A stretch of 64,000 bases of DNA from positions 128,001 to 192,000 of the forward strand of contig JBGASG010000003.1 of assembly GCA_044229845.1 (NCBI GenBank), given 5' to 3'. The notes below the pieces were generated by a model that did not search any database, had not been told where the DNA came from, and saw nothing but the letters and a program-made list of their open reading frames with translations. This document shows, one piece after another, positions 47,314-56,342 of the stretch. Numbering within the stretch: the first letter of the stretch is position 1; the number at the start of each line of letters is the position of its first letter. The DNA is from Candidatus Obscuribacteraceae bacterium (lineage in GTDB: Bacteria > Cyanobacteriota > Vampirovibrionia > Obscuribacterales > Obscuribacteraceae). Both the position numbers and the translations under genes were made by a program.

Positions 47314-48654
47314 ATGAGTCCAAATCAGGTAGAGCATTTCCATCATTCGCTGTTCCGCAAGGTCCTCTACTTCGAGTGGGCATTCTTATTCCTCGTGGCA
47401 CTGGTACAAGGTCTTGCCTTCAACTTCGCGCCGCCGGATCCGACAGCTCCCAACGTCGCGGTTTCGCTGGGCTTGCTTTTGCCGGTGCTGGCGGTCAGCC
47501 TCTGGACACCCAATACTTGCCCTCCCTGGCAGCGTCTCGCTTATGTCCTGATCGAGCTTTTCTTCATCACGGCAGCTTCCACCATGGGCATCTCCAGATT
47601 TGTTTTCCCGCTCTACATGTGCACAATCGCAAAAGCCTCGCTCTTGCTAGACAGACGGGGATTGATCATCCTCATTTTTTCAGCGTTCTTCGCCCAGATA
47701 TTTTGCTCCAGCTTGAAGATCATCTGGACCAATCCGGGTGAGGGCGGTTGGACAGTCGGCGCATTTTCGACCATTCTAGGCGAGTCAATCATTATCACCT
47801 TCTTCAACGGAGCCTTGATGATTTTGCTGGCGATGGTCACCCTGGCGCTCATTTCCGAAAAGACAAGCCGCCTGCGAGCCGAACGATTGGGAAAAGAAGT
47901 GGAGTCACTGGCGACAGAGCTGGAGCGTACTAGAATTGCTCGCGAAATTCACGACAGTCTGGGACACACCCTCACTTCCCTCAATATTCAGCTTGAGGTT
48001 GCTCGCAAGCTGGCAGAGCGAGACCCTCAGCAGGCGCATCAAGCACTGACGCTGGCAAAACAGCTGGCCGGGCAAACGCTTTCCGATGTTCGCCAGGCGG
48101 TACAGTCGATACGTTCGCCGGTCTTGAACCTGATGATTGCGATACCAGATATGGTATCACAATTGAAACAATTGCATGGGTTGGACATCCAGACAGAGCT
48201 GAATACCGGCGACCTGCCGCCCAGTATCAGCTACCACCTTTACAGAATTACACAGGAGTGTCTAACCAACGTCATCAAACACGCACAGGCTCGCCATGTG
48301 CGCGTCCACTTGCATCAGAAGCGAGACAGCATCACCCTCAGCGTTTCCGACGACGGGCGCGGCATGCCAACAGACTCCCGATATAGCGGATTTGGCATCA
48401 AGGGCATCACAGAACGCACCGACGCTCTGAACGGCAAACTCTCCATCTTTAGTGAACCTGGGTTTGGCACCCGTATCGAGATTAACATCCCGCTGGAAGC
48501 GGAGTACCTGGAAGACGCCGAGTCCTCTCAGGAAAAAAACACCAGCGAGCCTGCCGAAGCTGAGGAACCGGGCGACGGAGTTGGAGAATCCACGGGCGAC
48601 GCCAGAGCAGTAGGGGAGGAGCCCCGCGGCGCTGAAGAGTCAAAAGTTCAGTAA
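47314..48654 (+). CDS. Sensor histidine kinase, HisKA_3 (DesK/NarX-type) with multi-TM input
   Basis: H-box 'ERTRIAREIHDSLGHTL', 'QECLTNVIKHA', 'DDGRG', 'GFGIKGI'. Confidence 0.95.
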   Translation: MSPNQVEHFHHSLFRKVLYFEWAFLFLVALVQGLAFNFAPPDPTAPNVAVSLGLLLPVLAVSLWTPNTCPPWQRLAYVLIELFFITAASTMGISRFVFPLYMCTIAKASLLLDRRGLIILIFSAFFAQIFCSSLKIIWTNPGEGGWTVGAFSTILGESIIITFFNGALMILLAMVTLALISEKTSRLRAERLGKEVESLATELERTRIAREIHDSLGHTLTSLNIQLEVARKLAERDPQQAHQALTLAKQLAGQTLSDVRQAVQSIRSPVLNLMIAIPDMVSQLKQLHGLDIQTELNTGDLPPSISYHLYRITQECLTNVIKHAQARHVRVHLHQKRDSITLSVSDDGRGMPTDSRYSGFGIKGITERTDALNGKLSIFSEPGFGTRIEINIPLEAEYLEDAESSQEKNTSEPAEAEEPGDGVGESTGDARAVGEEPRGAEESKVQ

Positions 48655-48671
48655 AGCCGGCTCCGAAGCCG

Positions 48672-48707
48672 AAAAAGAGAGCTGCGGAACACGAATGCTC
48701 CGCAGCT
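48672..48707 (-). terminator. Terminator after Flp copy A (between convergent genes)
   Basis: AGCTGCGGA...TCCGCAGCT with A-run on the left. Confidence 0.65.
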
Positions 48708-48758
48708 TCAAGATGAGCAGCGACATCGGCTGTCTCCAGCCGAAATAATGAACCGGCG

Positions 48759-48953
48759 TTAACTGGATGTGGTGTTAAGGCGGTTCAATTCGCTAACGAT
48801 ACGAGAGAACGATTGCGAAATGGCGGATTGCAGTGTGCCTTGCGCGAAACCGAATACGACGGCTACGAGCAACGCTACGAACGCAAGGATCGCACCATAT
48901 TCAGTGATACCTTGTCCTGATTCGTCGTTATAGAACTCCGTTAAGTATGTCAT
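48759..48953 (-). CDS. flp: Flp/Fap type IV pilin, copy A (64 aa)
   Basis: 'FYNDESG|QGITEY' with E+5 and Y+6 then hydrophobic helix; GGAGAG before ATG 48953. Confidence 0.92.
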   Translation of the reverse strand: MTYLTEFYNDESGQGITEYGAILAFVALLVAVVFGFAQGTLQSAISQSFSRIVSELNRLNTTSS

Positions 48954-49123
48954 TTCATCTCTCCGAGAGGTGCTCAGTGCAGGATGGGCATGAACCTGGG
49001 AAGTGAAGCCGACAAGCGACGCCACTGGATCCATCATATCCCATAGGACTTACCTTGGATAGCAGGCGGACCATTGCGGATACTCGGTCAAGTGCCTGTC
49101 AGCGTGCCGGCTAATCGCGTGCA

Positions 49124-49152
49124 GAAAAAGAACGGGCAGATTTCTCTGCCCG
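49124..49152 (-). terminator. Terminator after Flp copy B
   Basis: CGGGCAGA-TTTC-TCTGCCCG with GAAAAAGAA on the left. Confidence 0.75.
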
Positions 49153-49181
49153 CCGATGTGTTTTGGAACTCCAGTGTCGTA

Positions 49182-49382
49182 TTAGCTGGAAGTCGTGTTC
49201 AGACGATTCAGTTCGCTGACAATACGCGAGAAAGATTGCGAAATCGCGCTCTGCAACGTGCCTTGTGCGAAACCAAATACGACGGCTACCAGAAGAGCCA
49301 CGAACGCAAGGATGGCACCATATTCGGTGATACCTTGTCCTGATTCGTCGTTAAAAAATTCTGCTACGTATGTCATGCTCAT
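49182..49382 (-). CDS. flp: Flp/Fap type IV pilin, copy B (start 49382 or 49376)
   Basis: 'FFNDESG|QGITEY'; GGAG upstream. Confidence 0.92.
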   Translation of the reverse strand: MSMTYVAEFFNDESGQGITEYGAILAFVALLVAVVFGFAQGTLQSAISQSFSRIVSELNRLNTTSS

Positions 49383-49490
49383 AACTCCGCGCTGGGGTTG
49401 TTAACTCGGGGGTGCGACTCAGAAGTCGCGTCTGGTTATCTTACTCTCCGATTGCAGAAATTAGACTGCTCATTGGCGAAGAACTACACA

Positions 49491-49520
49491 GAAAAACGGG
49501 CGAGGAAGATCCTCGCCCGT
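49491..49520 (-). terminator. Terminator after Flp copy C
   Basis: ACGGGCGAGG-AAGAT-CCTCGCCCGT with A-run on the left. Confidence 0.75.
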
Positions 49521-49544
49521 CCATGACGCTGGGTGTATGACTTG

Positions 49545-49739
49545 TTATGACGAAGTCGTGTTCAAGCGGTTCAGTTCAGATACGATACGGGAGAACGATT
49601 GCGAAATCGCGCTCTGCAACGTGCCTTGTGCGAAACCGAATACGACTGCTACCAGAAGAGCCACGAACGCAAGGATGGCACCATATTCGGTGATACCTTG
49701 TCCTGATTCGTCGTTAAAAAATTCTGCTACGTATGTCAT
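49545..49739 (-). CDS. flp: Flp/Fap type IV pilin, copy C (64 aa)
   Basis: 'FFNDESG|QGITEY'; GGGAG upstream of ATG 49739. Confidence 0.92.
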   Translation of the reverse strand: MTYVAEFFNDESGQGITEYGAILAFVALLVAVVFGFAQGTLQSAISQSFSRIVSELNRLNTTSS

Positions 49740-49901
49740 GTTAACTTTATCTCCCAATTGGTTTAGCTTCCTGTCCCTGTGGGGCCGAGCTCGAGTTCGG
49801 TAGTCTACTTAATGGTCCTGCGAATTGCAAATTCGCTGCTCATGCCAACAGTAAATCACGCTGCCCTCCCGTGGCCATCACCCCAAAGTCACCAAATTGC
49901 C

Positions 49902-49917
49902 CATGACCTTAGTCATG
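49902..49917. promoter_or_regulatory. Candidate response-regulator binding palindrome
   Basis: CATGAC-CTTA-GTCATG, with a further half-site GTCACC at 49888-49893, in the divergent flp/regulator intergenic region. Confidence 0.55.
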
Positions 49918-50048
49918 TCTTGCGGTAGAAGCATCTACTGTCGTGCTTTTGCGGCTTTATGGCGGCCCTTTCCAACAGCTTTTGTGGGGTAGTAAGGATG
50001 ATGTCCACAGGGTATTAAGTAGACGTAAGAAACCCTCGAAAGACCGCC

Positions 50049-50708
50049 ATGATTCGCCTTTTACTCGTTGACGATCAAGCCCTGGTACGCCAGGGGTTAG
50101 CTACCTTATTGGCCCTCGAAGAAGATTTCGAGATCGTCGGACAGGCCAGCCAGGGCACGGAAGCCGTGCAATTGGCTGAGTCTTTGAAGCCGGATGTCAT
50201 CTTGATGGACATTCGCATGCCCCAGACCGACGGCGTGTCGGCGACCAAACAGATTGTCGGAAAGATGCCCCAGACGAAGGTTTTAGTCCTTACTACTTTC
50301 GACGACGACGAATATATTGTGCAGGCGATGCAGGCCGGCGCATCGGGCTATCTACTTAAAGACTTGCCTTCCGAGCAGCTGGCGTCAGCCGTACGGGCCG
50401 TCCATCAGGGCTACACGCAGCTCGGTCCGACTATCACAACCAAAATCATCTCGCGGCTGAACAGCGGCGGACAGCAGCCTGAATCCTCTAAAGCCACGCT
50501 GACAGAGCTCTTCACCGGGCGAGAGCTGGAGGTCTTGCAGCTTCTGGGGCAAGGCAAGAGCAATAAAGAAATCGCTCAAAAGCTCTTTATTACCGAAGGT
50601 ACGGTGAAGAACCACATCACCCGTATACTGTCCCAGTTAAACGTTCGCAGCCGCACAGAAGCGGCGCTCTGGGCGCAGCAAAACCTCAAGGTCAGCAGCG
50701 GCGAATAA
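50049..50708 (+). CDS. NarL/LuxR family DNA-binding response regulator
   Basis: 'LLVDDQ', 'LMDIRMP', 'LTTF', 'GYLLK', HTH 'RELEVLQLL..GKSNKEIA..LFITEGTVKNH'. Confidence 0.96.
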   Translation: MIRLLLVDDQALVRQGLATLLALEEDFEIVGQASQGTEAVQLAESLKPDVILMDIRMPQTDGVSATKQIVGKMPQTKVLVLTTFDDDEYIVQAMQAGASGYLLKDLPSEQLASAVRAVHQGYTQLGPTITTKIISRLNSGGQQPESSKATLTELFTGRELEVLQLLGQGKSNKEIAQKLFITEGTVKNHITRILSQLNVRSRTEAALWAQQNLKVSSGE

Positions 50709-50741
50709 CTGGTTCGGTTTCGGCGGTCCGAGGTTCCAGGC

Positions 50742-52031
50742 ATGGCTAAGAGAATTCTTGTCGTGGCAGCCACTGCCAGGGAGCATCGCGAGTTACCAAA
50801 AATTGCCGGCAGGCTCGGCTATGAGCTGATCTTCGAGGATTGGGACTGGTCTTACTTCGACGACCCCCAGACCAGAGATTATGACGGCGAACCGCTGAAG
50901 ATTCTGCCGCGCATCGAATCCATGCGGAAACAGTACGAGGGAAAAATAGACGGCATCACATCCGCCGTCGGCTACCCCGGTATGTCGGTGGTCGCCATTC
51001 TGTCCAAACTACTGGGATTGCCCGGTCCCTCGCCCGATGCCATCATGCGCTGCGAGCACAAATACTATTCGCGGCTTGCCCAGGAAAAATTTGTGCCGGA
51101 GGCGACCAGTCACTTCACAGCTCTTAACGTTGGAGACCAGCCGCCGGACTTCGGTTATCCGCGCTTTTTGAAACCGATCAAGTCTTTTATGTCCATGAAT
51201 GCCCAGAGGGTCGAATCGCCTGAGCAGGTAGTGGAGTGCTTGCAATCAGGCACCCTGCCCGACTCCTTCGTAGAACCGTTCGACGAAATGGTTGCTGCCC
51301 ATACAACTATGGAGCGAACAGCCCGCGGATTTCTGCTTGAAGAACTGCTGCAAGGCACTCAGGTTTCACTGGAAGGATTTGTTCACAACCGACAACCTGA
51401 GGTGATGGGGATTGTTGATGCTGTGATGTTTCCAGGCACCATTTCCTTCCAACGATGGGTCTACCCATCTCGCTTGCCGGCGAACGTGCAGCAAGTGATG
51501 ATTGACACCGCCATCAAATTTTTCCGCGGCATCGAGTATGACGATGCCATGTTCAACATGGAATTGATGTACAACCCGCAGACCGGCAAAGTGCACATCA
51601 TCGAAGTCAATCCGAAAATCGCATCGCAATTCCCCGACCTCTTTGAGCGGGTGGACGGCATCAGCTCCTACCAACCGATGCTCCAGATTGCCGCCGGTGA
51701 AGCCCCTCAATTCACGCACCGAAAGGGGCAATTCAAAGTAGCTGCGAGTTGTGTCTTGCGCACATTTGAAGATCAATTCGTCCTCTCGGCGCCATCTCTC
51801 GAAAACATTTCGCAAGTGAACGAAACTTATCCGGATGCCCGCGTACAAATCATGGCGAAAGCCGGGCACAAGCTTTCCGAGCAGGCTCAGGATGCTCAGA
51901 GTTTTCGATATGGATTGATCAATCTCGGCGCCACATCTGAAGAAGACCTGGAGAGGCGTTTTGCCGTTTGTCGAAATATCTTGAATTTCGATTTCCGTCC
52001 CGTCGCCGAGTTTAAACAGGCTGTCGAATGA
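50742..52031 (+). CDS. ATP-grasp protein (L-amino acid ligase/carboxylate-amine ligase-like)
   Basis: 'EHKYYSR', 'YPRFLKP', 'LLEELLQG', 'FNMEL', 'IIEVNPK'. Confidence 0.85.
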   Translation: MAKRILVVAATAREHRELPKIAGRLGYELIFEDWDWSYFDDPQTRDYDGEPLKILPRIESMRKQYEGKIDGITSAVGYPGMSVVAILSKLLGLPGPSPDAIMRCEHKYYSRLAQEKFVPEATSHFTALNVGDQPPDFGYPRFLKPIKSFMSMNAQRVESPEQVVECLQSGTLPDSFVEPFDEMVAAHTTMERTARGFLLEELLQGTQVSLEGFVHNRQPEVMGIVDAVMFPGTISFQRWVYPSRLPANVQQVMIDTAIKFFRGIEYDDAMFNMELMYNPQTGKVHIIEVNPKIASQFPDLFERVDGISSYQPMLQIAAGEAPQFTHRKGQFKVAASCVLRTFEDQFVLSAPSLENISQVNETYPDARVQIMAKAGHKLSEQAQDAQSFRYGLINLGATSEEDLERRFAVCRNILNFDFRPVAEFKQAVE

Positions 52032-52993
52032 AGCACCCGGACTGCCCGCGGGTCTTAATTACGGTGAACCCGGGCTTGATTCAAGGCAGCAGATTTTCGA
52101 CGGTGCGCAGTATCGTCACGGCACTCGATGCCTGCAGCGATCTCCTGCTGTTGCCAATCAACGAATACGATTTCAAAAACAAAAAGGCACGCGCATATAG
52201 AAGAGTCGCAGGCGGCAGATTTAAATTCGTCAAAACCATTTCTCCACGAGCCGATCTCTGGGTCGTGTATACCGACGGTTATTATTTGGATTTTCGCAGC
52301 CTGGGATTCGCTTCTCCAACCGCCTACATCCAGGCGCAGATGGACTTTCACTTGCAGTGCGAGACTTCCGGGGAGGTTGGACTTTTGGTCAATTCGGTGG
52401 CGGGAGAAAAGTGCACGCTCAAGAAATTCTTTGCCACGCTCGATCACCATCGCTTTTGCACCATCGAAACCCATATTGCTGCGACAGCGGCAGAAGTTGC
52501 TGATCTACAGAAGAGAGAAGGAGTGCTGATTGCAAAACCCAACTGGAGCGGCGGCGGTTATGGCATCGAAAAGCTAACCAGTCCGAACCAGGTCAAAGAC
52601 TTTTGTGAGCGCAGTCATCTTTTTGAGTTTTGTTTTCAACCACTGGCACGTGGAGAAGAGAAACGATTTTGGTTTGCCGGCAACCAGTGCGTCGCTGCCA
52701 GGCGAATAAAAAACCGCCGCGCTCCGTGGATGGATAAGAGACCGGAAGGTTACCACTCGCGTCCATACGACGCGTCAGCAGGTGGGCAGTTCACGAGAGA
52801 CCTCAAAATTGCCGAAACGATGTGGGCGCTTACCGGCCTCTCAGTCGGCTCGGTCGATTTTATCGGTGAGCAAATCAACGAAGTGAACGGATGCGGCACC
52901 ACATATATCGACTATGACGGATGGCAAAAAGTTGTCGACGCGAGGAAACCGCTGGTCGACTACCTCGTCTCGGTCGTTAAGTCGCTGCAGTGA
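52028..52993 (+). CDS. Divergent ATP-grasp protein (RimK/glutathione synthetase-like)
   Basis: 'IAKPNWSGGGYGI', 'FQP...EKR', 'SVDFIGEQINEVN'; ATGA overlap with upstream gene. Confidence 0.75.
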   Translation: MKHPDCPRVLITVNPGLIQGSRFSTVRSIVTALDACSDLLLLPINEYDFKNKKARAYRRVAGGRFKFVKTISPRADLWVVYTDGYYLDFRSLGFASPTAYIQAQMDFHLQCETSGEVGLLVNSVAGEKCTLKKFFATLDHHRFCTIETHIAATAAEVADLQKREGVLIAKPNWSGGGYGIEKLTSPNQVKDFCERSHLFEFCFQPLARGEEKRFWFAGNQCVAARRIKNRRAPWMDKRPEGYHSRPYDASAGGQFTRDLKIAETMWALTGLSVGSVDFIGEQINEVNGCGTTYIDYDGWQKVVDARKPLVDYLVSVVKSLQ

Positions 52994-53939
52994 CTCTGAG
53001 CAGTGCATCAAAGTATTGCGCGATGGCACGTCCAAACTGAGGTCCCTTCTGGCTATAGTTTGCATAAATCGACGGATTGAGCAGCTCGGCCTCGACCAGC
53101 ATCGGTGCACCATCTACAGAGATCAAATCGATGCGGCTGAAGTGCACGGGACATCGCAATTGTTTTTCGTAAACCGCCAGAAGATCACGAGAGAATGCCA
53201 GTTCATCCTTTGTCGGCTCGTAGACCTCCACGGTTCCGCCCAGCGATTCGTTGCAACGAAACTCGTTGGGGTCGGCTTTCGAAGGTTTCTTCAGCACTGC
53301 ATGTTGAAAATCATGTCCCAGAAAAACCAGGCTGCGCTCGCCCTGGCGAATCTCCGGCATAAATGCCTGCGCAAGATATTCAGGCTCCTGTCCGGCTATC
53401 CTTTCTAGATCAGCGCTGCAATCGGCACTAAAAATCCCGTTGCCTCTTTCGCCGAAGCGCGGTTTCATAACCAGACGGGCACCGGCGGCAAGCCGCTCAC
53501 GCCACTGCTCATCGATGGCGAATGTCGGAATAATGCGCACTCCCTGCGCCTGCAGTTCAAGCAGATAGTGTTTATCGATATTGTGCCGAATCGTGCGTGG
53601 ATGGTTGACCACCATGCCGCATTGACTTTCAAACTGCGCAACCATGGCAAGAAACGTCGGCAGATCGAAGAGGAAACCTTCCATCTTATAGACGAAAGCC
53701 AGGTCGAATTCGGACAGCGTCATGGGAGCCACGAATTGCCCGGCACCATAACTGAAGATGCGTTTAAATCGGTCATCGACTAGATCGCGCCAGTTGACGA
53801 AAAAGACCTGGTGCCCAAGTTCCTGCAGTCCGGCGGCAAAATCGAAACAGTCGTTCTCATCGACCGAATACTTGACGGCAAAATGAGAAGGGCTGGTGTC
53901 CGCAACGTCTTCCGCAAGTGTAAAAAGAATCGTTGACAT
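52977..53939 (-). CDS. ATP-grasp protein (glutathione synthetase/DcsG-like)
   Basis: 'NIDKHYL', 'VMKP', 'QAFMPEI..GERSLVF', 'HAVLK', 'FSRID', 'LVEAELLNP'. Confidence 0.85.
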   Translation of the reverse strand: MSTILFTLAEDVADTSPSHFAVKYSVDENDCFDFAAGLQELGHQVFFVNWRDLVDDRFKRIFSYGAGQFVAPMTLSEFDLAFVYKMEGFLFDLPTFLAMVAQFESQCGMVVNHPRTIRHNIDKHYLLELQAQGVRIIPTFAIDEQWRERLAAGARLVMKPRFGERGNGIFSADCSADLERIAGQEPEYLAQAFMPEIRQGERSLVFLGHDFQHAVLKKPSKADPNEFRCNESLGGTVEVYEPTKDELAFSRDLLAVYEKQLRCPVHFSRIDLISVDGAPMLVEAELLNPSIYANYSQKGPQFGRAIAQYFDALLRVTAAT

Positions 53940-53956
53940 ACGCTCTCAGGGCTGAC

Positions 53957-54766
53957 TCAACCGGTGATACCCGCGGTTCCTACCGGCAAGCCAAAGCCGG
54001 ACAGAGCTTTTTGTACCGCTTCTTCGGCAAGCACTTGCATCGAGTCTACAAAAGGATAGTCGGGGCGGCGCTCTAGAAGTGCCACAGAGACCTCGGTGCA
54101 GGCAGCCACAATGACGTCGGCACCCTGCCCCAACAGATTCTGGGCGATCTGATCAAGGGTGGCAGCCGGCTTGTCGATATAACCGCATTTGATACCATCG
54201 GGTCCATATATGGCGTCCATCACACGCGTTTGATCGTCGCCACTCGGAACAATGAGCACACAGTCTCGTTCCCGAAGTCTGGCGCTATATAGACCTTGCG
54301 TAGGCGTTGCTGAAAGAATGCCGACATTTTTCAGATCAGGCAACTCACGAAGCATAAACTCAATCGTGCAGCCGATCATGTCCAACACCGGTATGCTGAC
54401 CCCGCATCGCAATTCATCGATAAAGTGATGTGCGATGTTGCAGGGCATAGTCAGGAAATTCGCGCCCGCTTGCTCAAGAACTCTGCCTGTACGAATCATT
54501 TCTGGCAGGGGACTTTCCGCGTCGCCGCTCAGGGCGTCGACACGGCTGGGAATGGCGCAATTGCTGAATGCAATCACCGGTATGTGATCCTGATCTCGCC
54601 GTGACGGGGTGAAGGCGGTGATCAGCGACATAAAACGGTTGGTGGCTTCGGGGCCCATTCCCCCAACCACACCGATGGTGGAACTACTCATATCGTATTG
54701 GGATGCCACTGGCTGAGACAAAAACATTGTATCCAGCCCACCCCTTGACGTGGGGCATGCATCCAT
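53957..54766 (-). CDS. Aspartate/glutamate racemase family protein, both catalytic cysteines present (start possibly 54691)
   Basis: 'IGVVGGMGPEAT', 'DQDH', 'PCNIAH', 'ACTEVS', 'VDS'. Confidence 0.92.
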   Translation of the reverse strand: MDACPTSRGGLDTMFLSQPVASQYDMSSSTIGVVGGMGPEATNRFMSLITAFTPSRRDQDHIPVIAFSNCAIPSRVDALSGDAESPLPEMIRTGRVLEQAGANFLTMPCNIAHHFIDELRCGVSIPVLDMIGCTIEFMLRELPDLKNVGILSATPTQGLYSARLRERDCVLIVPSGDDQTRVMDAIYGPDGIKCGYIDKPAATLDQIAQNLLGQGADVIVAACTEVSVALLERRPDYPFVDSMQVLAEEAVQKALSGFGLPVGTAGITG

Positions 54767-54826
54767 GAAATTAATTTAGGAATAGCCACCACATTCAGTG
54801 GCTGAAGCGCGGACACGGAGGCAGCT

Positions 54827-55252
54827 TCAGGAAGACTGCTGGATCTGCGCCGGGCGAATCAAATTGCGATAAGGATGCCAACGCGCAGCGAATTCATCGT
54901 TGATGGCCGCTATCAACTCATCTGCTTTGGCGTCGCATTGTTCTTTCGTCCACTTATTGGCGTCGTCGCTGACTGTTAATACCAGCTCGAATACACCCGT
55001 CTCCCGCTCCGCCCATATGACGTCGGCTCGATAGGTAACAGTGATGATCTCGGTGCCGGAGGTCCAGACTTCTTCGAGAACCGCCGACATTTTGGATTCC
55101 GTTTCGGAGACATTGATATGTTGCCAGTCCAACTCCTCGAACTGAGGCAGCATCACCTCCAGCAATTCGCTGATGCTGCAACGAGCAATTTTGGTTCGCG
55201 ATGCCGTGGAGACGATCGCTCTCGATTCTTCCGATTGACGAGATTTTGGCAT
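54827..55252 (-). CDS. Hypothetical protein
   Basis: 141-aa ORF co-oriented with neighbours; no motif recognised. Confidence 0.6.
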   Translation of the reverse strand: MPKSRQSEESRAIVSTASRTKIARCSISELLEVMLPQFEELDWQHINVSETESKMSAVLEEVWTSGTEIITVTYRADVIWAERETGVFELVLTVSDDANKWTKEQCDAKADELIAAINDEFAARWHPYRNLIRPAQIQQSS

Positions 55253-55323
55253 TTGCCAGTACCAACTAAGCGTGGAATCAGTACTCTCATTCTATTGTCC
55301 AGGCGCCCGCGGAGCAAGTCGGT

Positions 55324-56199
55324 TTAGTCGGACTTCGACGCCGGCGTTCGGACTTCCAACAGCAACCGGTCGCCTGCAGACAGCGAGATGTTCTCACCGT
55401 GCTCGACGGCCCCGGTGAGCAACCCGCCACCTGGAAGTCCCTTCACCATGCCGAGAAAAAATCCTTTGATACGCCGATGCCCTTCCACATCCTGTGCCGG
55501 TTTGCCGTAGGAGTAGGCGGGACTGACCGCACCCACCACGCCGGAGATCAGCGGCCCGGCAACCAATCCAATCGGACCGGTAGCCAACTCGCCACCCTCG
55601 ATGGCGGTGCTCATAGCACCGTATTTAACACCACTGTACTTGACGGTGACGTCACCCTTCTTATCAACCTCCAGCGGCATTGGATTGCCGGACGCATTGG
55701 ACCTGGCTACTTCGGAGCCAGGCACCGGCGTCGCATGCAAGTCGATCTGGCTCCCGGACGCCACGACCTGGTCGAACTCCAGTCCCAGTGCTCCATTAGC
55801 ATCAAGCCAGTGATGTGATGGAATATCTGCCTTTATGATGCGACTGGATCGGTCGACGGCTGTGACGTGCCCGGTGACAATCGATCCAGCCCGCGCCAGA
55901 ATCGCGCCGCTCTGGCTGCGCATAGGTGCGGTCAGCCTCGCTTCACAGCTATCTCCCACATTGGCAGTCTCGCTGTCGATGGGGCTCAGCATCTCAACCT
56001 GCAAAGACCCGCCCGATACTACTTGCCAGCTGCGTGGTCCGGATCGGACCACCGCCCACTCACTCAACATCGGTACAGCGGTCGGCTCGGCAGCCGCCTC
56101 CTGTTCGTTTCGCTCCATCGCCAGCCCCGGTCCGGCTGCCGACAAGAGCAGGTGTGCCAGGAAAACCAGAGTGATGCTGTTTCTTCTCATAACCCTCAT
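55324..56199 (-). CDS. Secreted TrbI/VirB10-like beta domain protein with glycine-rich segment (related to 27316-28146)
   Basis: 'PIDSETANVGD', 'AGSIVTGHV', 'GALGLEFD', 'ISLSAGDRL'. Confidence 0.65.
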   Translation of the reverse strand: MRVMRRNSITLVFLAHLLLSAAGPGLAMERNEQEAAAEPTAVPMLSEWAVVRSGPRSWQVVSGGSLQVEMLSPIDSETANVGDSCEARLTAPMRSQSGAILARAGSIVTGHVTAVDRSSRIIKADIPSHHWLDANGALGLEFDQVVASGSQIDLHATPVPGSEVARSNASGNPMPLEVDKKGDVTVKYSGVKYGAMSTAIEGGELATGPIGLVAGPLISGVVGAVSPAYSYGKPAQDVEGHRRIKGFFLGMVKGLPGGGLLTGAVEHGENISLSAGDRLLLEVRTPASKSD

Positions 56200-56342
56200 C
56201 CGCGCGACACCCTATCTTATCGCGCAGGTCGAAATTCGCCACGGGCGACGGTTTACAGAAGAGCTTGGCAGGCTCCCGCTTGGCTTTCACAACTATGCCA
56301 CGGGGCTAAGATAGGATAGATAGGGGCAGGTGGGGATACGTC

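Noticed and set aside
48759..49739. Repeated peptides as RiPP (graspetide) precursors for the neighbouring ATP-grasp enzymes
   Set aside because: They carry a canonical Flp prepilin motif (G|xxxxEY plus hydrophobic helix) and lack Thr/Lys/Asp-rich graspetide core repeats.
49824..49850. Sigma54 promoter (TTGGCA...TTGC on minus strand) for pilin copy C
   Set aside because: GG to GC spacing does not fit the fixed -24/-12 geometry.
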